Part shown: positions 29,401-36,076 of the stretch, in pieces
Numbering within the stretch: position 1 is the stretch's first letter
How the letters are laid out: each line of letters starts with the position of its first letter
DNA from: a virus
Virus record (IMG/VR): IMGVR_UViG_3300032236_001771
Span: 1-36,076 of that record
Length of the DNA stretch: 36,076 nt
Reading direction: 5' to 3' (one strand)
The notes under the pieces: model-generated
The model's input: the letters and a program-made list of their open reading frames with translations, nothing else
Told to the model about the DNA's origin: nothing
Databases searched by the model: none
Translations under genes and position numbers: made by a program

Positions 29401-32400
29401 ATGCTTCTGAAAATCCTCAATCTCCAAATAATATAAATGATGGAATGCAAATTGTTGATATAACGTATCCTCCATATGTTTTAAATACTTCTCAAATTAA
29501 AATTAAAACTTATGATAATAAGCGATATACAATGAAAGATATTGCTTCTTTAGAATCTCGTTTAAAAAATGTAGAATATTATACACAATTAAATCTATTA
29601 GAATTAGACACCAGTTCTTTTTCAGTAACAGATGCTAATGGCCTTCAAAGATTTAAAAATGGATTTTTAGTTGATAATTTTACTGATTTTTCAAAATCAG
29701 ATACTACAAATATTGATTTTGAATGTGCAATAGATTCGGTTTCTGGTTCATTAAGACCTTCTCATTATACTACCAATGTTCCACTTTCATATAATTTTAA
29801 TACATCAACAAATGTAACAAAATCTGGAAATATTATAACTTTACCATATACTTCTATTGTTTCAATTCAACAACCAGTAGCATCAAGAGTAGAGAATGTA
29901 AATCCTTTTAATGTTGTTTCGTGGGTAGGAAATCTTAATTTAACTCCATCAAGTGATGATTGGGTAGATACAACAAGATTGAATGATGCTATTACTAGTG
30001 TAGAAGGAGACTATGCTAATACAGCAAGATTAATGAATGCTGATCAAAATGGATATGCTCCAACAGAATGGGGTGCTTGGCAAACAACATGGACTGGAAC
30101 TCCAATTACAACAAATCAAGGACAATTTAGAAGTACTACATCTGGTTTAGCTAATATTGTAGATCCAAATAATCGTTGGTTAGGACCTATTGGACATGTT
30201 GAATATCTATATCAAAGAGAAACAACATCAACATCATCATCTCAAAGTAGAAATGGAATAAGAAATAGAATTGTTCCTAGAACTGATACTGTTAATCTTG
30301 GTGATAGAACTATAAGTAATTCTTTTGAAACTTTTATCAGATCTAGAAATATATCTTTTTCAGCTAAAAGATTAAAACCAAAAACTAAATTTTATGTATT
30401 TTTTGATGGAACAAATGTTACTTCATATGTGACTCCAAAATTAGTTGAAATTGTAATGCAATCTGGAACTTTTCAAATTGGTGAAACTGTAGTTGGTACA
30501 ACCAGTGGGGCTCATTTAAAAATTGTTGCACCAAATGACAAATATGCAACTAATCCATATAGTCCAACAGATAGTATTTTACCAACAACATATAGTCAAA
30601 ATAGCACAGTACTAAATCACGATATTGATGTATTATCTTCAACAATATCTCCAAATTATTTTGGTAGTTTAATTTCTGGAGAAACTATAGTAGGACAAAC
30701 AAGCCAAGCTGTTGCTACAACTTCTACAACTATTAAATTAGTTACTGATAATACAGGAATTTTGTATGGCAGTTTATTTATTCCAAATCCAAACGATAAA
30801 ACAAATCCAAGATTTAATACTGGGCAAAGAAGTTTTAAATTAACTACAAGCGATACAAATTCAACTTTACAAGGTAGTGTTGATAGTTCTTCAGAAACAA
30901 ATTATACTGCAAGTGGAACTTTACAAACAATTCAAGGAAATGTATTATCAATTAGAAATTCAAATATTGTAACAGATACTGTAAATGATACTCGTACCGT
31001 GATATCAACACAAAATAATGTTAGACAACTTGGATGGTATGATCCATTAGCAGAATCATTTTTAGTTACTAGTAGTGGTGGTGAATTTTTAACCGGAGTT
31101 GATTTATTTTTCCAATCTAAAGATGATTCAAATATTCCAATTAGTGTTCAATTAAGAACAATGCAAAATGGATATCCAACTAAAGAAATATTGCCTTTTA
31201 GTGATGTAACAGTAAATAGTACTGATGTAATGATATCTGAAGATTCTAGTGTTGCAACTAGATTTAATTTTCCATCTCCAGTATTTGTTAAAGAAAATCA
31301 AGAATATGCTTTAGTTGTATTATCTGATTCAAACAAATATAATATTTGGATTTCTAGAATGGGTGATAATGATATACAAAATGGAACCTCTATTTCTAAT
31401 CAACCATATACTGGCGTTTTATTTAAATCACAAAATGCGTCTACATGGACAGCAGATCAATACGAAGATATTAAATTTACTTTATATAGAGCTAATTTTA
31501 CTTCATTATCTGGAAATTTAATTTTAAACAATGGTAATGAAAATAATTTATTAACTTTGAAAAATAATCCTTTAAGTTTTACACAAGGATCTAGTGTTGT
31601 GACAGTTTATCATTCAAATCATGGTATGCATAGTAATGGTATTGATAATGTAAGTATTTCTAATATAACATCACAAATACCATCAACATATCTAACAAAT
31701 GCATTAAATTCTAACGGAAGTATAAGTAGTATTACTGTTGTTGATGCATCACAATTTCCAATTACAATTGGAGGAAATCCAATTAGTTCATCAAATCCTG
31801 GATATTTAAAAATTGATAATGAAATATTATCATATACAGCAATTTCTGGAAATATTATAACAATTCAAGCAAGAGCTGTTTCTGGTAGTATTCAAACTGC
31901 CCATAGTGCTAATGCAATTGTAAATTGTTATAGTTTGTATGGAATTCCTTTAACAGTAATTAATACACAAAATATAATTTACAATCCAACTTTAGATACA
32001 TATGAAATACATTTATCAGTAGCAGCAGAAGCAACTTCTACAGGTGGAGGAAATGCCGGTAAGGCATCACAAAATGTTAGATATGATTTAATTACACCAC
32101 AAATCCAAGTTATAACTAACGAAAACACCAAAATTATAACCGGACTTAATGGAACCAGTGGAAAGTCTATTGATGGTACAGAAACTTCATTTGTAATAGA
32201 TTCAAGTAGTATACCAATTACATTGAATGATGTTAATTATTTAAGTGCACCAAAAATAATAGCATCAAAAGTTAATGAGACTAGTATTTTAAATGGAAAT
32301 AAATCTCTTACATTGTCATTAAATATTTCTACTGAATCTAATAATCTTTCTCCGGTTATTGATTTGGATAGAGCTAGTGTTATAACAACAACTAATAGAA

Positions 32401-32804
32401 TTAGGGGAATAAATTCAACAATTTCAGCAACAAGTTTAAATTCTTTGGGTGACATAAGTAAAGCAATTTATATAACAAAAGCAGTAACATTAAATACAAA
32501 TGCAAGTTCATTGAAAGTTATGTTTTCTGCTTGGAGACCAACAAATTCAATTATTGACGTGTATTATAAAATAATACCATCAAATAATCAACAACCATTA
32601 GATTCATTTGGATATATACAATTTTCAACTGATATTTCTAATGCGTCAATTCCTCAAGCAACAGATGCAGAAATTTATAAAGATTATGAATTTAATGCAA
32701 ATAATTTAAATTTTGGTTCATTTGCAATTAAAATTGTAATGAGAAGTCAAAGTCAAGTAATGGTTCCAATAATTAAAGATTTTAGAGTAATGGCATTAAG
32801 TTAA
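26415..32804 (+). CDS. Large virion structural protein, VrlC/DUF4815-like (2129 aa)
   Basis: NLNTNPYYDDFD...FYRVLFRPGYPVQTRELTTLQSILQNQ, NYTAPGAHRL, KRYTMKDI..LE.RLKNVEYY, RFKNGFLVDNF, WYDPLAESF, LFKSQNASTW..DQYED.KF; occupies the usual cyanomyovirus position after gp8. Confidence 0.88.
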   Translation: MQNTNLNTNPYYDDFDVNKNFYRVLFRPGYPVQTRELTTLQSILQNQVENFGSSIYKDGAMIIPGQIGYDLNYHSIQINPSFNGISVERYRTSLIGLTITGTTSNVSATIVDTLSAIDPINTSGNIVLYVKYTSSSTNDNSSSYFVDGENLIANSPITIGTTVIPITSAFASTISSNSTAIGSAAYINNGVYYIRGFFINVQSQTIILDPFGITPSYRIGLQVQENIVTPEEDSSLYDNSIGTSNYTAPGAHRLQIKTILTKKPIDTLDTSNFIELLRLQSGYIQYFVNRTAYSELEKEIARRTYETNGDYVVEPFKVSLRESLNNGINNGVYGAGISTQDGNVPLESKLAVQVSPGTAFVRGYEIQTIGTKFIDADKPRNYTTLINQTATNTFGNYIEVALNDLVGLFDLTTNVTEIKFYDQYTTSRLSAPGPTIGSGRLVNIEKSLSNLPENGIVYKLYLIDIQLNTGKLISDIKSLSYLTSYDDEDSYANLNILNDRIKLSGNITYPVIVSGSTGILTGVLSNFQNELRINDIIFAPSSIDGSLQKFQIQNINNNNSVLVKNISATDSIAGSYVTEVARLRIEESVNNKLITVLSKSYAKSLTVNTLPVRSQQKNLPIVSYGSGSSVTISAPSGFTFTNINDIIGFDSNHTPIAILGSSLYNNNTTLTLNLSNNNSGTADVAYNLYKTSPVRKEKTPNIMKILMVDKTIGTGNTTNGLTQSTSFIGTRVEDSIISLGIPDVYKIHCVLESNNGNAPIIPNFIYTVGAGVTNNYIIGETITGTSSNAVAKVVSIEKQNNTSILYFVYVSTSTFTNNETIIGYTSNISSTINGLNNGSSNITSRYTLNDGQTDQLYTFSTITRDLSTPAPTHKIFVIFDYFEHGITGDFYSVNSYSGIDYKDIPSYKGMSLSNVIDYRYSVNKTVFGVGSYTIPFVNNSTQSDVLSFSARSSAGFNTFNILKSGYDCIFNIDYYLGRIDKLTLTSAGNFVLIKGDASENPQSPNNINDGMQIVDITYPPYVLNTSQIKIKTYDNKRYTMKDIASLESRLKNVEYYTQLNLLELDTSSFSVTDANGLQRFKNGFLVDNFTDFSKSDTTNIDFECAIDSVSGSLRPSHYTTNVPLSYNFNTSTNVTKSGNIITLPYTSIVSIQQPVASRVENVNPFNVVSWVGNLNLTPSSDDWVDTTRLNDAITSVEGDYANTARLMNADQNGYAPTEWGAWQTTWTGTPITTNQGQFRSTTSGLANIVDPNNRWLGPIGHVEYLYQRETTSTSSSQSRNGIRNRIVPRTDTVNLGDRTISNSFETFIRSRNISFSAKRLKPKTKFYVFFDGTNVTSYVTPKLVEIVMQSGTFQIGETVVGTTSGAHLKIVAPNDKYATNPYSPTDSILPTTYSQNSTVLNHDIDVLSSTISPNYFGSLISGETIVGQTSQAVATTSTTIKLVTDNTGILYGSLFIPNPNDKTNPRFNTGQRSFKLTTSDTNSTLQGSVDSSSETNYTASGTLQTIQGNVLSIRNSNIVTDTVNDTRTVISTQNNVRQLGWYDPLAESFLVTSSGGEFLTGVDLFFQSKDDSNIPISVQLRTMQNGYPTKEILPFSDVTVNSTDVMISEDSSVATRFNFPSPVFVKENQEYALVVLSDSNKYNIWISRMGDNDIQNGTSISNQPYTGVLFKSQNASTWTADQYEDIKFTLYRANFTSLSGNLILNNGNENNLLTLKNNPLSFTQGSSVVTVYHSNHGMHSNGIDNVSISNITSQIPSTYLTNALNSNGSISSITVVDASQFPITIGGNPISSSNPGYLKIDNEILSYTAISGNIITIQARAVSGSIQTAHSANAIVNCYSLYGIPLTVINTQNIIYNPTLDTYEIHLSVAAEATSTGGGNAGKASQNVRYDLITPQIQVITNENTKIITGLNGTSGKSIDGTETSFVIDSSSIPITLNDVNYLSAPKIIASKVNETSILNGNKSLTLSLNISTESNNLSPVIDLDRASVITTTNRIRGINSTISATSLNSLGDISKAIYITKAVTLNTNASSLKVMFSAWRPTNSIIDVYYKIIPSNNQQPLDSFGYIQFSTDISNASIPQATDAEIYKDYEFNANNLNFGSFAIKIVMRSQSQVMVPIIKDFRVMALS

Positions 32805-33031
32805 TGAAAAATATTCCAGTTGAAGGTAATTCAAATTTAGAAAGAGATTATTTTAGTGGTGCTATTGTAAATAAAAATATAAATGAATATGAAAAATTTA
32901 TTGAGGCAAAAAAACTAAGAGATATTAAAGAAGTAAAATTAGATACAGCATTAAATGAAGTTTCTATGCTAAAATTAGAAATGCAAGAAATAAAATCATT
33001 ATTACTTTCTATAATTAATAAAAATGGATAA
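32804..33031 (+). CDS. Small coiled-coil hypothetical protein (75 aa)
   Basis: VEGNSNLERD..SGAIVN followed by heptads LKLEMQEIKSLL; TAATG-coupled to the VrlC-like gene. Confidence 0.85.
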   Translation: MKNIPVEGNSNLERDYFSGAIVNKNINEYEKFIEAKKLRDIKEVKLDTALNEVSMLKLEMQEIKSLLLSIINKNG

Positions 33032-33209
33032 TTCCTATAATATTAGTGATTTTTCACTACAAAAACAATTTGAATTCCATAAATTAATAAAATTAATTGA
33101 TGGATTAAATTATAAAGAATCTCAAGAAATGGCAAAAAAATTTTTATTTTTGTACATGGCAACTCAAACTGCAATTACTAATTTATCAATTAATATACCA
33201 GAAATGTAA
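33024..33209 (+). CDS. nblA: NblA-like phycobilisome degradation adaptor (61 aa)
   Basis: Size and two-helix pattern fit NblA: FSLQKQFEF....IDGLNYKESQEMAKKFLFLYMATQ versus the recalled NblA pattern LSLEQQF....VQ.MS.EQA.E.L..L..QMM. Aligned by eye only. Confidence 0.6.
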   Translation: MDNSYNISDFSLQKQFEFHKLIKLIDGLNYKESQEMAKKFLFLYMATQTAITNLSINIPEM

Positions 33210-33224
33210 TAAATATTATAAATA
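33208..33224 (+). promoter_or_regulatory. Tandem T4-type late promoter boxes for gp13
   Basis: AATAAATA (33208-33215) and exact TATAAATA (33217-33224), 29 bp before the gp13 ATG. Confidence 0.75.
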
Positions 33225-33247
33225 CTTTTAGAAATAAGAGTATTTTT
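33220..33247 (+). promoter_or_regulatory. GAAA-tetraloop hairpin overlapping the late promoter and gp13 leader (RBS-sequestering or terminator-like)
   Basis: AAATACTTTTA-GAAA-TAAGAGTATTT: 11-bp stem with one G-U pair, with T-rich sequence running on from the 3' arm. Confidence 0.55.
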
Positions 33248-33253
33248 GTTTAT

Positions 33254-34540
33254 ATGGCTAAGCCAAATAGCAGAGATGAATTAAAAGAATATTGTCTGCG
33301 TCAATTAGGCAAACCAGTTCTTGAAATTAACGTAGATGATGATCAAATTTCTGATCGCATTGACGAAGGACTTCAATACTTTCAAGAAAGACATTATGAT
33401 GGTGTCATTAGGATGTATTTAAAATATCAATTTACTGATCAAGATATTGCTCGTTTTAAATCTTCTAATAGAAAAATTACTGATGTTGATGGACAAATAA
33501 TAACTGTCAGTGGAACTCCATCAAATCTTACTATTGGAAGAGAAGTATTTGTTAATAATCAATTTGAACCTAAAGGTATTCTTGAATATTGGAATCCCAA
33601 TACAAATCAAATGGGGATATTGTTGAAAGAAAGGTCAAATAAATTTACCACATCTGATATTGTTTTGGATGATGTCAGTAATTTAACTATAACTAGTGTT
33701 TTAGATAAAACTCAATTACAAACATTAGTATTAAATCCAATTCCAGTATCAGCGCAAGCTCTCACTAATGCACAAATAAAAACGGTCAGTGGTAGTGGAG
33801 CATCAGGAATTCTTAGTGGAAATGTTTTAAATACGGGTTTAGTATATTTTACTGTATCTACAACTAATATTAATCTTCAACTTGATAATCAATACATACC
33901 ATTTAAAGTTGGTGATACAGTTTCTATTGCAGGTTTAGCTGGAACTTATACTGTTACTTCTACACAACAAACTTTACCACAGTTATCAGAAGCTCTCAAT
34001 TATATTGAAATTCCAGATTGGATTATTGGTATTAATAAAATTCATGATTTTCTTGATAAATCTTCAATGAATATTTTTGATATTAGATATCAATTTAGAT
34101 TAAATGATTTGTATGATTTTTCTTCTGCTGAACTTCTTTACTATGAAAGTGTCAAAACAAGATTAGAATTTTTATATTTTATTCTTGAAGGAGCTAAAAT
34201 GATAAGATTTAATAGAAGATTGGGTAGACTTTATCTTGATTTAGATTTTGCATCAGACATTCAACCAGGAAATTTTGTAATCCTTGATTGTTATCGTCTT
34301 TTGGATCCTTCAGATTCACCAAGAGTGTGGAATGATTTCTTTTTAAAACGATATGTAACCGCTTTAATTAAAAAACAATGGGGACAAAATTTAATTAAGT
34401 ATGAAGGAGTTCAACTCCCTGGTGGATTAACTTTAAATGGTAGACAATTATATCAAGATGCTACTACAGAATTAAAAGATCTTGAATCTAGTATGGATAA
34501 TTATCAATATTCAGAACCTCCAATGGATATGATCGGATAA
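33254..34540 (+). CDS. gp13: Neck protein gp13 with an internal insertion (428 aa)
   Basis: MAKPNSRDELKEYCLRQLGKPVLEINVDDDQI.DRIDE.LQYFQERHYDG ... VWNDFFLKRYVTALIKKQWGQNLIK..GVQLPGG.TLNG ... PPMDMIG. Confidence 0.95.
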   Translation: MAKPNSRDELKEYCLRQLGKPVLEINVDDDQISDRIDEGLQYFQERHYDGVIRMYLKYQFTDQDIARFKSSNRKITDVDGQIITVSGTPSNLTIGREVFVNNQFEPKGILEYWNPNTNQMGILLKERSNKFTTSDIVLDDVSNLTITSVLDKTQLQTLVLNPIPVSAQALTNAQIKTVSGSGASGILSGNVLNTGLVYFTVSTTNINLQLDNQYIPFKVGDTVSIAGLAGTYTVTSTQQTLPQLSEALNYIEIPDWIIGINKIHDFLDKSSMNIFDIRYQFRLNDLYDFSSAELLYYESVKTRLEFLYFILEGAKMIRFNRRLGRLYLDLDFASDIQPGNFVILDCYRLLDPSDSPRVWNDFFLKRYVTALIKKQWGQNLIKYEGVQLPGGLTLNGRQLYQDATTELKDLESSMDNYQYSEPPMDMIG

Positions 34541-34541
34541 T

Positions 34542-35438
34542 ATGAAAAACCCATATTTTTCAATTGGAACGAGAAATGAGCAATTGCTCTTTCAAAATTT
34601 AGTAGACGAACAAATTAAAGTATATGGTATTGATATATATTATCTTCCTAGAAAATATATTAACATTGATACTGTATTTAAAGATGTAATTGATTCTAAA
34701 TTTAATGATGCATATATTATTGAAGCGTATGTTAATACATTTACGGGATTTCAAGGACAAGGTGATTTTATGAGTAAGTTTGGCTTAAAACAAGCTGATG
34801 AATTAACTTTAACTATTTCTAGACAAAGATTTGAAGATTTTTTAAGTGTATTTCTTTCTGCAGATCCTCAAGTTATTCTTCCAACAAGACCAGAAGAAGG
34901 AGATTTAATTTATTTTCCATTAAGTAAAAACTTTTTTGAAATTAAATTTGTAGAACATGAAGATCCTTTTTATCAAATAGGTAAAAATTATAGTTATAAA
35001 CTTCAATGTGAATTATATGAATATGAAAATGAAGTTATTGATACTGGTGTTAAGGAAATTGATCAATCAGTGGTAGATCAAGGATATGAAATTAAATATA
35101 CAATGGGAACAGGAACTAGTAATTATATTTTTGGAGAAAATATTGTTGGAATTGGAACAACATATGGTGTTGGTGTTACTTCTGGTGTAGTTATGAAATG
35201 GGATGCACCATCTAAAGTTCTTTCTATATCTCATATAAGTGGTAATTTTAAAGTTGGACAAATTCTTGTTGGTCAAACGTCAGGAACTGGAAGAAGCATA
35301 ATTTCATTTGATAGTTTATCTTCTACTGGAGGAGTTCTTGGAGATAATAGGGCAATTGAAAATGCTGCAGATTCTGTTTTAGATTTTAGTGAAACAAATC
35401 CATTTGGAGAATATGGTGATATTGGAGGTTCATTCTAA
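34542..35438 (+). CDS. gp14: Neck protein gp14
   Basis: NPYF...EQ.L.QNLVDEQIKVYGIDIYYLPR, RPEEGDLIYFP, FEIKFVEHEDPFYQ.GK.Y.YKLQCELYEY, DFSETNPFG. Confidence 0.95.
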   Translation: MKNPYFSIGTRNEQLLFQNLVDEQIKVYGIDIYYLPRKYINIDTVFKDVIDSKFNDAYIIEAYVNTFTGFQGQGDFMSKFGLKQADELTLTISRQRFEDFLSVFLSADPQVILPTRPEEGDLIYFPLSKNFFEIKFVEHEDPFYQIGKNYSYKLQCELYEYENEVIDTGVKEIDQSVVDQGYEIKYTMGTGTSNYIFGENIVGIGTTYGVGVTSGVVMKWDAPSKVLSISHISGNFKVGQILVGQTSGTGRSIISFDSLSSTGGVLGDNRAIENAADSVLDFSETNPFGEYGDIGGSF

Positions 35439-36076
35439 TGTTAGGAACTTATACTTACAATGAAATATTTAAAAAAACTGTAGTTGGATTTGGTACTCTT
35501 TTTAATAACATTGAATTACATAAAAAAGATGCTGATGGTAATGTAGTTTCTATTATAAAAGTACCTTTTTCATATTCAGGAAAACAAAAATTTCTTGCTA
35601 GATTACAACAAAATCCAGAATTAAATAAAAAATTTGAAATTGGTGTGCCTAGAATGGCATTTGAATTGACTGGAATTAGTTATGATCCATCAAGAAAAGC
35701 AAGCCCAATTCAACTTTATAAAAAGTCAACTCCAGGCTCTCAATCAATTAAATCTCAATATCTTCCAGTACCGTATAATTTAAATTTTGAACTTTATATT
35801 TTTGGAAAAATTAATGACGATGTTCTTCAAACTATAGAACAGATTTTACCATATTTTCAACCATCTTTTAATATAACTATTGATGTTATACCAGAAATGG
35901 ATGAAAAAAAAGATGTTCCTATTATATTAAATAGTATTAGTATTGAAGATGATTATGAAGGATCATTTGAAACTAGACGTGCTTTAATATATACTTTACA
36001 ATTTACAGCTAAAACATACGTTTACGGTCCAGTTAATCCCGATAATGGGACTATTATTAAAAAGATTGAAGTTGAT
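35438..36076 (+). CDS. gp15: Tail sheath stabiliser/terminator gp15 (truncated by the window end; not in the ORF track)
   Basis: TAATG-coupled to gp14. MLGTYTYNEIFKKTVVGFGTLFNNI...KVPFSY..KQKFLARL...PRMAFE...PVPYNLNFEL...EQILPYFQPSF...DDYEGSFETRR..IYTLQFTAKTYVYGP; frame is open to the window end. Confidence 0.95.
   Translation, partial: MLGTYTYNEIFKKTVVGFGTLFNNIELHKKDADGNVVSIIKVPFSYSGKQKFLARLQQNPELNKKFEIGVPRMAFELTGISYDPSRKASPIQLYKKSTPGSQSIKSQYLPVPYNLNFELYIFGKINDDVLQTIEQILPYFQPSFNITIDVIPEMDEKKDVPIILNSISIEDDYEGSFETRRALIYTLQFTAKTYVYGPVNPDNGTIIKKIEVD

Noticed and set aside
557-35276. Short antisense and alternate-frame ORFs overlapping larger genes (e.g. 557..790, 1320..1595, 9107..9499, 14159..14494, 26633..26911, 35067..35276)
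   Set aside because: They overlap better-supported + strand genes or promoters, show no motifs, and are expected shadows of codon bias.
2247-36076. Introns, inteins, homing endonucleases, diversity-generating retroelement, stop-codon recoding or tRNA genes in the structural module
   Set aside because: Genes are intact and tightly packed under the standard code. No reverse transcriptase, LAGLIDADG/HNH/GIY-YIG, intein-terminus or cloverleaf signatures were seen.

Overview
This window is part of a T4-like cyanophage (cyanomyovirus-type) genome, with all credible genes on the + strand. Positions 1-2245 are a regulatory/early region. It holds two 24-bp-period repeat arrays, a ~50% GC island with two small genes, twin hairpins followed by a G-rich tract, three sigma70-type promoters, four small ORFs (two absent from the supplied track), a terminator and a structured late-transcript leader. 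Positions 2247-36076 are a very AT-rich late structural module: gp25, gp6, a 3979-aa fibre/spike protein, a 108-aa ORF, gp7-like (2696 aa), gp8, a VrlC/DUF4815-like protein (2129 aa), a small coiled-coil ORF, an NblA-like gene, gp13, gp14 and a truncated gp15. T4-type late promoters ([T/A]ATAAATA) lie in the intergenic gaps. The best leads are a switch/pseudoknot-like leader RNA at 2011-2064, the hairpin/G-quadruplex/A-tract boundary element at 1212-1390, the nblA-like gene inside the virion operon, a promoter-overlapping hairpin that hides the gp13 RBS, and the giant fibre gene inserted between gp6 and gp7. All family assignments come from motif recognition and gene order; no searches were run.
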